Below are positions 29,243 through 39,251 of a stretch of 64,000 nucleotides of DNA, piece by piece. The notes under the pieces are model-generated. The model did no database searches. It worked only from the letters and a program-made list of their open reading frames with translations, and was not told the DNA's origin. Source of the DNA: Bacteroidota bacterium (GTDB lineage: Bacteria > Bacteroidota > Bacteroidia > UBA7662); the NCBI GenBank assembly GCA_036787895.1, contig DAIQOK010000007.1, positions 42,883 through 106,882 on the forward strand. The letters are read 5' to 3'. Position 1 is the first letter of the stretch, and each line of letters starts with the position of its first letter. A program made the position numbers and the translations under genes.

Positions 29243-29827
29243 GTGTCAAATTCATTTAAAACAAACACACTCATGAACAAACTTTTTGTTACCCTCCGCA
29301 ATGCTGCTTTTGCAGTGATACTTTTCGCCGGTGCTGCTACAGCACAAACTACCATGGTCGGCGGTGAAGCCATGTATCCCAAGAAAAACATCGTCGAAAA
29401 TGCGGTGAATTCGAAAGATCATACGACGCTGGTGGCAGCGGTAAAGGCAGCGGGGCTGGTGGAGACCTTGCAAAGCGCTGGCCCCTTCACTGTATTCGCC
29501 CCGGTAAACGATGCCTTCGAGAACCTGCCTGCTGGTACAGTCGACAATCTCCTCAAAGCCGAGAACAAAGGGCAGTTAACCGCGGTACTTACTTATCACG
29601 TAGTGGCTGGTAAATACGATTTTGATGCCTTGGCCAAGGCTATCATGGCGGGAAAAGGCAAAGCCACGTTGAAAACCGTTCAGGGTGCAGAACTCACCTT
29701 TATGATGAATGGCAAACGCAACATACAAGTGATGGATGCCAAAGGCAATGTCGCCAATATTTCAACCTACGATGTTTATCAGTCGAATGGTGTCATCCAG
29801 GTCATCGATAAAGTATTGCTTCCTTAA
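29243..29827 (+). CDS. Fasciclin (FAS1) domain secreted protein
   Basis: The FAS1 signature is HTTLVAAVKAAGLVETLQSAGPFTVFAPVNDAFENLP. The probable real start is at MNKLFVTLRNAAFAVILFAGAATAQ (29273), which includes a signal peptide. Confidence 0.85.
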   Translation: MSNSFKTNTLMNKLFVTLRNAAFAVILFAGAATAQTTMVGGEAMYPKKNIVENAVNSKDHTTLVAAVKAAGLVETLQSAGPFTVFAPVNDAFENLPAGTVDNLLKAENKGQLTAVLTYHVVAGKYDFDALAKAIMAGKGKATLKTVQGAELTFMMNGKRNIQVMDAKGNVANISTYDVYQSNGVIQVIDKVLLP

Positions 29828-29851
29828 GCAATAGGTTGTGGTTCAGTGTCG

Positions 29852-29888
29852 ACAGGCTGCCCACCAGGGTGGCCTGTTTATTTTAAAG
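29852..29888 (+). terminator. Candidate rho-independent terminator after the fasciclin gene
   Basis: gacaggctgcccaccagggtggcctgtttatttt is an imperfect GC stem followed by a T-rich tail. Confidence 0.45.
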
Positions 29889-29933
29889 CCCAAGCCAAAG
29901 GCAACTTTTTAACTCTTAAAGTGTTTACTTCAA

Positions 29934-30449
29934 ATGAAAACTTATTTTCTGCTTCTCGGTCTATTTGTCGGCGTGGCCTGTCAAGGCCAGTCTGCCCATA
30001 ACAAACCAACATCTCCTGCTTCCAAATCCACTACTATGACCTCTGATACAACCAACCTCAGCCAGCTCAGTGATGCCGACTGGAAAAAACGCTTAAGTCC
30101 GGAAGCTTACCGGGTGTTACGTCAGCATGGCACCGAACGCCCTTACACTGGTGAGTATGATCAACATTGGGAGGCTGGCACCTATGTCTGCAAAGGTTGT
30201 GGCACGCCGCTCTTCACTTCCGACACAAAATTTGATGCAGGTTGTGGTTGGCCTAGCTTTTATCAAGGTATTGATAAATCTAAAATCAAAGAGGTCATCG
30301 ATCGCTCTTTTGGCATGATACGCACCGAAGTGCGTTGTGCTAAATGTGATGGTCACCTCGGTCATGTGTTTGATGATGGCCCCAATCCTACCGGTTTACG
30401 GTATTGTATCAATTCGGTGAGCCTGGGTTTCGAAAAAAAACAGCCTTAA
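29934..30449 (+). CDS. msrB: Peptide-methionine (R)-S-oxide reductase MsrB (secreted/lipoprotein form)
   Basis: The SelR/MsrB core is [13 protein letters not shown] ... [21 protein letters not shown], with two CxxC pairs and a catalytic region. An N-terminal signal peptide carries FVGVAC. Confidence 0.85.
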   Translation: MKTYFLLLGLFVGVACQGQSAHNKPTSPASKSTTMTSDTTNLSQLSDADWKKRLSPEAYRVLRQHGTERPYTGEYDQHWEAGTYVCKGCGTPLFTSDTKFDAGCGWPSFYQGIDKSKIKEVIDRSFGMIRTEVRCAKCDGHLGHVFDDGPNPTGLRYCINSVSLGFEKKQP

Positions 30450-30543
30450 TTAGGCCTATGACACATTTACTTCTGATTCCTTTAGATTTGCTATATTGCT
30501 GACTACATTTGCTTACTTTCGAAGAGTATAGCCGGGTGCCAAA

Positions 30544-31617
30544 ATGATAAACCTATTAAACGCTAAAGGTCGTTGCAGGCACCTGATGTTTGGGGCCTTA
30601 GCGTTTTTTACAGTTGCTGCTCTGGTTTTTTTATTAGCCAATCAACAATTTCTGCTCGAAAAAAGCGAACAAGAAAGACGGCTCGCTAACCGAGCTATGG
30701 TAGTTCAAAGTCAACTTGAAACTGTAATTAAACAATGTCAGAGCACGACCAAAACTTTAGGTTTTATCGTTGAACAATATGGTGAACCGGAAAACTTTGA
30801 TGCCATAGCGGCTGGGCTCAAGGAAGGCAGTCCGTATATAAGCGCATTACAGTTGCTCAAAGGTGGTATCATTACCCAAGTATATCCATTGAAAGGCAAT
30901 GAGGTGGTGATTGGCTACAATGTGCTTGCCGACAGTACCCGAAACAAAGAAGCCATACGGGCTGTGCGGGAAAAAGACTTTTTTATCGCCGGCCCCTTTG
31001 AGTTGAAACAGGGTGGGCTGGCAGTTGTTGGTCGATATCCCATATTTAAAGATGAGGTATTTTGGGGATTATCAGCCGTTATCGTTCGTTTTGATGCTTT
31101 AATTGCAGCCGCAGGTATGCGCGCTGAAGCAAGCAGTACTTTTTCATATCAGTTCACCAAAAAGGACCCGGACAACGGTCAGGAAGTAAACTTTTTACTT
31201 CCGTATTCGGGCCAGACAAGCAAAAGCAGGGTGTCGGTCGAAATTCCGGATGGTGCCTGGACCATTCATATTATGCCCAAAAACCCGGTTCGATTTATGG
31301 ATAACTGGGCGCTATTGTTGTTTGGCGGCTTGTGTGCGGCTATGACGGCCTATTTGATTGTTCATCTGCTCAATGAGCCGGGTAGGCTGAATCATCAGAT
31401 TGCCAAAAAAACTGCCCACCTCAAAGAAATTGCCTGGATGCAATCCCATCAGGTTAGAGCACCTTTGGCACGCATTATGGCATTGTCGGCCTTGTTAAAC
31501 CCGGAAAGCTTCGATCCGGAGCAGGACAAGGAGCTGGTGGCCGAGTTGAAAAAGTCGTCCGAAGAATTGGATGACATTATACGTGATATCGTGAAGCGTA
31601 CCGAAAATCAGGCTTAA
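30544..31617 (+). CDS. Membrane sensor protein with periplasmic CHASE-like domain and HisKA-type phosphoacceptor region but no recognisable ATPase domain
   Basis: An N-terminal TM segment is followed by a second TM (LLLFGGLCAAMTAYLIV) and an H-box-like SHQVRAPLARI. The protein ends ~60 aa later without an HATPase_c domain. Confidence 0.5.
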   Translation: MINLLNAKGRCRHLMFGALAFFTVAALVFLLANQQFLLEKSEQERRLANRAMVVQSQLETVIKQCQSTTKTLGFIVEQYGEPENFDAIAAGLKEGSPYISALQLLKGGIITQVYPLKGNEVVIGYNVLADSTRNKEAIRAVREKDFFIAGPFELKQGGLAVVGRYPIFKDEVFWGLSAVIVRFDALIAAAGMRAEASSTFSYQFTKKDPDNGQEVNFLLPYSGQTSKSRVSVEIPDGAWTIHIMPKNPVRFMDNWALLLFGGLCAAMTAYLIVHLLNEPGRLNHQIAKKTAHLKEIAWMQSHQVRAPLARIMALSALLNPESFDPEQDKELVAELKKSSEELDDIIRDIVKRTENQA

Positions 31618-32243
31618 ATCAGTCCCTGATCGCTTGCAAATTTTACCAGACCTGCCGCATTTTTAGCATCTAATTTTCGCAGCAGATTTTTACGATGGGT
31701 CATTACCGTATGTTCTGAAATAAATAGCTTATCGGCAATTTCACGTGTAGTCATTTCACGCGCAATGCAACGAATAATGTCCACCTCCCGCCGCGTAAGT
31801 GAAAGTTTGCGGAGGAAATCATCGGTGAAATAATCCTTTTCTTTTTCCTGTATCTCATTTTTGTCCTCATAAAATACCTGCTCACCTCCCTGAATACGCT
31901 TAATAGCATCTATTACCAAGGAAATTGAACTGTTTTTCAGTAAATAACCATCCCCTCCCAGACGTTGCACTTCTCGTTTAAACTCAAGCTGCTCGTAATT
32001 CGAGAGAACCAATACTTTAAGTTGAGGAAAGGAAGCCTTCAGCTGAACCAGGGTCTCCAAACCATTTAAATTCGGCATGTTTAAGTCAAGGGTTACCAAA
32101 TCACAAGGAAGTACGGCTAAAAGTTCCAGCAATTGTTTACCATCCGATGCAGAACCAACTACCTGGAAGTCAGCCTGTCGGCTAAGCATCAATGCCAGGC
32201 CTTCCAAAAAAAGTGCGTGGTCGTCAGCTAAAATGAGGCGCAT
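31614..32243 (-). CDS. Response regulator, NarL/FixJ (LuxR-type HTH) family
   Basis: The REC domain (MRLILADDHALFLEGL ... LDLNMP) is followed by a C-terminal LuxR HTH (LTRREVDIIRCIAREMTTREIADKLFISEHTVMTHRKNLLRKL). Confidence 0.9.
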   Translation of the reverse strand: MRLILADDHALFLEGLALMLSRQADFQVVGSASDGKQLLELLAVLPCDLVTLDLNMPNLNGLETLVQLKASFPQLKVLVLSNYEQLEFKREVQRLGGDGYLLKNSSISLVIDAIKRIQGGEQVFYEDKNEIQEKEKDYFTDDFLRKLSLTRREVDIIRCIAREMTTREIADKLFISEHTVMTHRKNLLRKLDAKNAAGLVKFASDQGLI

Positions 32244-32298
32244 AATCCTTTAAAAATACACAGCTATCCACATACTTCTACCCATTTCTACTGAAAAG

Positions 32299-34536
32299 TT
32301 ATCCATTTTCCAGAGGTAGTTCTATGGAGATTAATGTTCCTTGTCCGGGTGCCGTTTCAACTGTCATCCTGCCGTTCATGAGGTGAATGCGCTACTCGAT
32401 GGTTCTCAAACCAATACCATCAGAACTGTTGTCGATGGGCTCGAAGCCCTTGCCATTGTCTTCTACCATAATCACCAGTTGGTCTTCATGTTCTACCAAT
32501 TGTATGATGACATTCCGCGCCTCGGCATGTTTTAGTATATTGTTACAAAGCTCCAATAAGATGCGGTAAGTGCTTAACGAAAGTGATTCACTCAGGGACC
32601 GGTCGAAGCCGGTTATCAGCAAATCAAAATGCACTTTACCGGCATGGTTCAGCTGGTCGACATACAGTTCAACGGCCTTTTTCAGTCCAAATTTACCCAA
32701 ACTGCTAGGCATGAGGATGTGGCTTAGGTTGCGCACATCGGTAGCCACATGATCGAGCATATCTTTGGCGTTCCGCAAGCTGAGATGAGCTTTTTTCGAT
32801 GCCAGCTGTTCTTCCGTTTCAAATCGTTCGAGTTGCAGGCGAAGGGCCGACAACATGGAGCCCACATCGTCGTGCAGACTTTCAGCTATCCGTTTGCGCT
32901 CAATTTCCTGACCCTCCAAAAGGGCATCGATAACCTCCAGTTTTTTGCGTTTTTCAGCTTCTTCAAGTTCCAGCTCCTTGATTTGACGCTCTTTTTCGGC
33001 CAGCAGTTCGGCCTGTTGTTTCCGGTTCCGGTACCAAAAAATACCGAAGCCACTGATGAGCAGCAACAGCAAAAGACTTAAAAGGAAGAGGTAAAACCTG
33101 AATTCGTTTTTACGTAATTCAGCAGCCTTACGCTTGTTTTCAGCATCCAATAAGGCGATTTTCTCGGTTTGAGCCGCCTGTCGCAAGGAATCTTCGAGCT
33201 GGAGCACCCGCAGTATTTCTGTATCATGGGCTGGCTCATCGGATTTAGGTAGAGTTGCCCGACCTGACAGCTTGCTTTCCTGTTCCTTAATTTCGGGTTG
33301 ACCGCTTTTCCTTCTTTGATGCTTGAGCCAAGCCAGATCATAGCTGTCACGTATAACTACAGGCAAGTGTCGTAATTCCGCTTTTAATTGGGCAAAATGT
33401 TCTTCAGCAATTTTGTAGAAGCCTTTTTCACTAAAATAACTAGCGACCAGCAGCCGGTCGGAAGCTACATAGGCATTCGGATGGCCCTTATCAAGTAAGC
33501 CCCGCTGCATTAAATCGACACCCCGACCCTGAGCACCAGATTCGTATAACAACCGACCTTTTAAAAGCTGGATGGCGGCTTTTCCCTTGAGGTTACGGGT
33601 TAGCTGCAGGGTTTGCAAATTATCGATAAGGGCTTCGGCATTGGCAAGGTCGCCTGTTTGCAAGTATAATCGAGCGAGACGCATTTGCAAGTAAAACTGC
33701 CGATCGGGAGAATTGGTGTTTTTACTCAGCTCGGCAGCCGTTTTCAAATAAGGTAGTGCACGTTGGTAGTCGTTGATATCCTCCAGCAGACCGGCAATTT
33801 CCAGCAGGAAATTGGATTGCATGTCAACATCAAAATTGCTTTCGGCCTTTCGAAGTCCCTGATTTCGGATGCGAAGCGACGCTTCATGCTGACCTAGTTT
33901 GTGCAAGGCACGGCCCTGAAGTAGCAGGCCTTGCTGTTCAAGCATTAAATCGGGGATTTTCGAAGCGATATTGGCAACCACTTCACCTAGTTCGAGCGTT
34001 TTTTCATAATCTCCCAAAGCGAATACGGCGTTGCCATAATTATTAAGTGCAAGTGCCAATTCAGCCCTACTGGCTGTTTTGCGGTATTCTGGAAGCAAAT
34101 CTTCGTATAACTCGATGGCTTTCTGATGCTGACGAAGACGGAAATAAAAGGCGGCTTGAATTAATTTAAGCGACAACGCCCTTTGTTTATCCCCTTGCTT
34201 TTCTATCAGTTCTATGGTTTTAAGCAGGTATTTTAAGCCTTTTTGTTCCTCACGAAAAACGATGGATAATTGGTTGTATATACTTGTTTCCAGCTCAATC
34301 ATTTTATAGCGCTGGGCCACTTCTAATCCACGCAGGTAGTACCGTTCGGCCTGTTGGGGGTTGTTTTGGTAAAATTTTCCCACATTAAATGCCGCCAGAA
34401 CCCATTCTTTCGGGTTCTCAACGGGTTTTTCCAATATGCTCAGATTTTTTTCCAGCTCTGATCGCAAACTTTCCTGCGCGACAAGCTGGAGGCTGAAAAA
34501 ACAGCCCCAAAAGAACAGCCAAGCTCGCAACCACAT
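32299..34536 (-). pseudogene. TPR-repeat sensor histidine kinase (HisKA_3 + HATPase_c) interrupted by an in-frame TAG stop near the 3' end
   Basis: A signal peptide, multiple TPR-like repeats and a TM segment (FYLFLLSLLLLLLISGFGIFWY) precede the HisKA_3 H-box ERKRIAESLHDDVGSMLS and the HATPase N/G boxes. The ORF stops at TAG (32392-32394) after ... GIGLRTIE. The same frame continues RIHLMNGRMTVETAPGQGTLISIELPLENG* to 32299-32301, which is the expected G2-box end of the domain. Confidence 0.6.
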
Positions 34537-34541
34537 CCTTT

Positions 34542-35249
34542 TTAGTGTGCAGCGTGGGCGTCAGCGGCATTGGCCAGGGCCGCCTTGATATAGGCCACAC
34601 TGGCCATGATTTCCTCAGGGCTCAACACTTTACCAAAAGCTGGCATACCGCCCTTGCCCAAGCTGATCCGGTCCACCATGCCGCCTTTATCGAGCATGGA
34701 AAGCTGTAAATCTTTCGCACCGGCAGCCCCCATTTTACCATCGTCGCCATGGCAACGCACGCAATAATTAATATAAACAGCCTTGCCATGCGCTAAAACA
34801 TCATAAGTGTCGGCGGTGGGGTCAAAATCGGATGAAGTATAGGCTGGCGCGTCATTGGCTGCAAGCTGATTGAAATAATCGGCTTTATTCATGGTCATAC
34901 TTTTGGTTTCGGAAACGCCATAAGCATATACCAACAGCACAAAGCTGAGGAGTGCCAGTGCCTTATTCTTACGTTTGAAACCTACGATAGCCAAAGGAAT
35001 GGAAGCGAAAACAGCTATCAGTTTAACCCAGAACCAATTGCCTGCCGAAATGCTCGGCGTCTGGGTGGCCAAATAAATACCACTAAGCAAGAAAAGCGTA
35101 GAAACTACCATTTCTGCTATTTTGGTCTTTTTAGCAAACTTATCCAACAGCTCGTTTTTGCCAGCCAGCAAGAGGGTGGTTTTTACGAGATACAAAACGA
35201 GAAACAAAGCCACCACCAAGGTGTGGGTATGCAGCATGCCGGTATACAT
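34542..35249 (-). CDS. Membrane-anchored c-type cytochrome
   Basis: Several N-terminal TM helices are followed by the C-terminal haem-binding motif CVRCH (YINYCVRCHGDDGKMG). Confidence 0.7.
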   Translation of the reverse strand: MYTGMLHTHTLVVALFLVLYLVKTTLLLAGKNELLDKFAKKTKIAEMVVSTLFLLSGIYLATQTPSISAGNWFWVKLIAVFASIPLAIVGFKRKNKALALLSFVLLVYAYGVSETKSMTMNKADYFNQLAANDAPAYTSSDFDPTADTYDVLAHGKAVYINYCVRCHGDDGKMGAAGAKDLQLSMLDKGGMVDRISLGKGGMPAFGKVLSPEEIMASVAYIKAALANAADAHAAH

Positions 35250-35261
35250 AGTTCGGGTAGT

Positions 35262-36062
35262 TTAAGTGAGTGTAAATTTCATGAAATCATCGAGTAGCGC
35301 GATGGTTTTTTCGGGTTTTTCGTAATGAACCATATGCCCGGCCGATGGTATGCCGTGAAAAACGGTGATTGGAGCCAGCTCAGCGGCTTTTAAAACAGCT
35401 GCATACGGCAAGATTGGGTCTTGCAAACCACCTACCAGCAGCATAGGTTTGGGCCATTTTTGCAATAAGTGGCTGCGGTCGGGTCGATCGCGCATGGCCT
35501 GTAGCTGCATCACATGGGCTTCAGGCGAGAATTCGTTATTGATTTGCTTCAGACTTTGAATAATAGCAGCCATAGCAACGGTGTTTTCGGGAGCGAATAG
35601 GCCCGGAATAAAGGCGTTGATGAATTCTCCTTTCCCTTTTTTACGGATAAGCGCGATGGTACGGTCGCGATTGGCCTTTTTGGTGTCATCGTCGGCAAAA
35701 GGGTGGGAACAAAACAAACCCAGCGCCGCACATCTGTCGGCATAAGCCTCCGCCAACGCCAGCGCCACATAGCCGCCCATGCTGTGACCCACCACCACGG
35801 CTGTCGCCACTTTTTCTGCATCGAGTATCGCTGCTACTGCATCGGCCATCTTCTCCATACTGCTACCGCCTTCGGGCCAGCCACTGCCGCCTGAACCGTG
35901 CAAATCGGGTAAAATGAGGGTATACCGACTGCTTAAAGCTTCTGCAATGTGCCGCCAAACCCGGTGATCTTCGGTAAAACCATGGAGTAAAACCAAGGGC
36001 GGCCCTTGCCCTATCCGGTACCAACTGAGTTCGACCTTTTGAAAGCTGGTTTTTTTGTTCAT
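35262..36062 (-). CDS. Alpha/beta-fold hydrolase
   Basis: LVLLHGFTEDHRVW, a GHSMGG nucleophile elbow, and a C-terminal SAGHMVHYE. Confidence 0.8.
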   Translation of the reverse strand: MNKKTSFQKVELSWYRIGQGPPLVLLHGFTEDHRVWRHIAEALSSRYTLILPDLHGSGGSGWPEGGSSMEKMADAVAAILDAEKVATAVVVGHSMGGYVALALAEAYADRCAALGLFCSHPFADDDTKKANRDRTIALIRKKGKGEFINAFIPGLFAPENTVAMAAIIQSLKQINNEFSPEAHVMQLQAMRDRPDRSHLLQKWPKPMLLVGGLQDPILPYAAVLKAAELAPITVFHGIPSAGHMVHYEKPEKTIALLDDFMKFTLT

Positions 36063-36103
36063 TTTTGCTGATTACCGTTTGCTTAACAAGTATACAAATA
36101 AGC

Positions 36104-39100
36104 ATGAAGAAGCCCCTTCTTTTGTTCCTGCTCCTCCTGATGGCTGCCTTCAGCGCACAGGCCCAGCCACACTTTCCTTATAATGGCGTACAAGACCAAC
36201 GGCCTGATGGTTGGTTGCTCAAAAATGCCACCATCGTTGTGTCACCCGGACTACAACTCGACAAAGCAGATATGCTCATCAGGGAAGGAAAAATAGAAGC
36301 TGTTGGCAAAGGTTTGAGTCTGCCCAAAGGCTACCGTGAGCTCGACATGACCGGCAAATTCATCTATCCCGCCTTTATTGAGCTGAACAGCAGCTATGGC
36401 TTACCAAAAAGCAGTGCCGGCGGTCGCAACCGCAATGCCGGACCGCAGCTTACCCCTGCCCGTGAAGGGGCTTTTGGTGCCAACGACGCCATCAAATCCG
36501 ACACCCGGGCCGATTTGTTGTTTCACACAGACGCTAAAACGGCCGCCTCTTTACGCAAAGCCGGCTTTGGTGCTGTAGTCGCCCACCAAGCCGACGGCAT
36601 CGCCCGAGGCAGTTCCGCACTTGTGGCGCTAGGCGATGGCCCCGATCAGGAACAACTTTTGCGGGCGCCGGTGGCGGCACACTATTCGTTCAATAAAGGA
36701 AGCTCTACCCAGGATTACCCTTCATCGCTCATGGGCAGCATCGCGCTGTTGCGCCAGACCCATCTCGATGCCCAGTGGTACCAGGCCAATAAAACCAGAT
36801 TGCAGCTCAACGATCTCGCCCTCGATGGCTGGCTCGCTACCGTTGCACTTCCCCAGATGTTTGAAACCAGCAGCAAATACGATTTGTTGCGTGCCGACAA
36901 ACTGGGTGATGAATTCGGCATACAATACATCATTAAAGGCACAGGCGAAGAATACCAATATCTCGATGCCATCAAAGCCAGTAAAGCCAGCCTCATCATC
37001 CCCATCAACTTTCCGAATGCACTCGACCTAGAAGACCCTTTCGATGCCATACAAGCCAGTCTGAGCCAAATGAAACACTGGGAAATGGCGCCGGGTAATC
37101 TCGCTGCCTTGCAGCAGGCCGGCATCAAGTTCGCCATCACCCAAAATGGCGTAGAAACAGCCGGTGATTTTTGGGCCAACCTCCGCCTGGCTGTAGAATA
37201 TGGTTTAGACCCTGCTGCAGCCTTGGCGGCACTTACAACGGTTCCTGCTCAACTCAGTCGTCAAATGGATTTGCTCGGCACACTCGACAAAGGCAAACTC
37301 GCCAATTTTATCGTTACCAGCGGGCCTCTTTTCGACAAAGAAACAGAGCTCTACGACAACTGGGTAAAAGGTCAGCGCTACGAAGTTAATCCCATGCCCG
37401 AAGGCCGGGATATACGTGCCAACTACCATTTCCGACTGGCAAACGACAGCACTTACGAAGTACAAATCAAAGGTAAAGCCACCCGTCCCGAAGGCGAACT
37501 TATTGTCAACGACAGCACCAAAATTAAGCTGAACCTGAGTTTTGCCAATGGTTTCTGGTCGGTTTGGTTCGAAGGCAAAAAAGAGGCTTTGCCAGGTGTA
37601 CATCGCTTGAGTTTATGGCCGGTAGGCAATGCACTTGAAGGAAAATACAGCGATGCATCCGGAAAAGACAACGATGTCAGGTGGACTTATGCTTCGCCCT
37701 TTAAGGAGAAAGACAAAAAAGATAAAGAACTCAAAGCTGCCAGTATCGGCTATTTGCCGAAGCCTTTTACCGATTTAGGCTACGACAGTTTGCCCAAGGC
37801 CGAAACTTTTCTTTTCCGCAATGCCACCGTCTGGACGAATGAAAAAGATGGCATACTCACCGAAACCGATGTGGTAGTGAGCAAGGGTAAAATTGTTGCA
37901 GTTGGCAAGAAGCTAAATCAAGGCGCCTTTGGTGCTCAAATCCGTGAAATAGATGCCACTGGTAAACATATCACCGCCGGCATTATCGATGAACATTCGC
38001 ACATCGCCATTAGCCGTGGTGTAAACGAAGGCAGTCGCAGCATTACTGCGGAAGTGCGTATAGGCGACGCGCTCAACCCCGACGATGTAAACATTTACCG
38101 CCAACTGGCCGGGGGGGTTACCAGCTCCAATCTGCTGCATGGTTCTGCCAATAGCATAGGTGGTCAGGCCCAGCTCATCAAATTACGATGGGGAGTGAGC
38201 AATCCTGAAGCTTTAAAATTTGAGGGCGCACCGGGTTTCATCAAATTTGCCTTGGGCGAAAATGTAAAACAGTCGAATTGGGGTGATCGTCAAACGATAC
38301 GTTTCCCGCAAACCCGCATGGGTGTGGAGCAAGTGATGATGGATGGCTTTTTACGCGCCAAGGCCTATGAAGAAGCGCGCAAAACAAATGCCGCAGGCAC
38401 CCGTCGTGACCTTACCCTCGAATCCCTGAATGAAATCCGCAACAATCAGCGCTTCATCACCTGCCACAGTTATGTGCAAAGTGAAATCAATATGCTCATG
38501 AAAGTGGGCGATTCGGTGGGTTTTAAGGTCAATACCTTCACCCACATTCTCGAAGGCTACAAAGTGGCTGACAAAATGAAAGCCCATGGCGCTAATGCCT
38601 CTACTTTCGCCGATTGGTGGGCCTACAAAATGGAAGTTGCCGATGCTATACCGCACAATGCCGGTTTGATGACCCAAGTTGGTTTGAATGTCGCTATCAA
38701 TTCAGATGATGCCGAAATGGCGCGTCGCCTGAACCAGGAAGCGGCCAAATCGGTGATGTATACCGCCATGTCGGAAGAGGATGCGCTGAAAATGGTAACA
38801 CTCAATCCGGCAAAAATGCTGCGTGTTGATCAACGGGTAGGTAGTGTGAAGGTGGGTAAAGATGCCGATATCGTGCTTTGGAACGGGCATCCGCTCTCCA
38901 TTTACACCAAAGCAGAAATGACTTTGGTCGATGGTATTGCCTATTTCGATGCCAGTCGGGAAGCTGAAAAAATGCGTCAGATTGCCGCTGAGCGCCAACG
39001 TCTGATCGAAAAAATGATACTTGCCCGTAAAAACGGCGCCAAAGCCGCCAAACCAAAATTTATGGTCGAAAGCTTCTGGCATTGTGATACCATAGGAGAA

Positions 39101-39112
39101 GCTGCGGAGTAA
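36104..39112 (+). CDS. Large secreted amidohydrolase-family protein (two metal-dependent hydrolase domains)
   Basis: A signal peptide MKKPLLLFLLLLMAAFSAQA opens the protein. Amidohydrolase motifs follow: GIIDEHSHIAISRGVNEGS, and a C-terminal VAINSDDAE ... GKDADIVLW. The start is the ATG at 36104. Confidence 0.75.
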   Translation: MKKPLLLFLLLLMAAFSAQAQPHFPYNGVQDQRPDGWLLKNATIVVSPGLQLDKADMLIREGKIEAVGKGLSLPKGYRELDMTGKFIYPAFIELNSSYGLPKSSAGGRNRNAGPQLTPAREGAFGANDAIKSDTRADLLFHTDAKTAASLRKAGFGAVVAHQADGIARGSSALVALGDGPDQEQLLRAPVAAHYSFNKGSSTQDYPSSLMGSIALLRQTHLDAQWYQANKTRLQLNDLALDGWLATVALPQMFETSSKYDLLRADKLGDEFGIQYIIKGTGEEYQYLDAIKASKASLIIPINFPNALDLEDPFDAIQASLSQMKHWEMAPGNLAALQQAGIKFAITQNGVETAGDFWANLRLAVEYGLDPAAALAALTTVPAQLSRQMDLLGTLDKGKLANFIVTSGPLFDKETELYDNWVKGQRYEVNPMPEGRDIRANYHFRLANDSTYEVQIKGKATRPEGELIVNDSTKIKLNLSFANGFWSVWFEGKKEALPGVHRLSLWPVGNALEGKYSDASGKDNDVRWTYASPFKEKDKKDKELKAASIGYLPKPFTDLGYDSLPKAETFLFRNATVWTNEKDGILTETDVVVSKGKIVAVGKKLNQGAFGAQIREIDATGKHITAGIIDEHSHIAISRGVNEGSRSITAEVRIGDALNPDDVNIYRQLAGGVTSSNLLHGSANSIGGQAQLIKLRWGVSNPEALKFEGAPGFIKFALGENVKQSNWGDRQTIRFPQTRMGVEQVMMDGFLRAKAYEEARKTNAAGTRRDLTLESLNEIRNNQRFITCHSYVQSEINMLMKVGDSVGFKVNTFTHILEGYKVADKMKAHGANASTFADWWAYKMEVADAIPHNAGLMTQVGLNVAINSDDAEMARRLNQEAAKSVMYTAMSEEDALKMVTLNPAKMLRVDQRVGSVKVGKDADIVLWNGHPLSIYTKAEMTLVDGIAYFDASREAEKMRQIAAERQRLIEKMILARKNGAKAAKPKFMVESFWHCDTIGEAAE

Positions 39113-39251
39113 AAGGCTTTACCAGGTTTTTACTTCATTCCCGCTGTGATAAAACTTTCTAGTCGCCGGCAAAATTTTAACTCCCGCCATTACGGCATCC
39201 CGCATGGGCGGGATACAGCTAGCGCGTGATTTTGAATTTTCCTTTTGGAAC

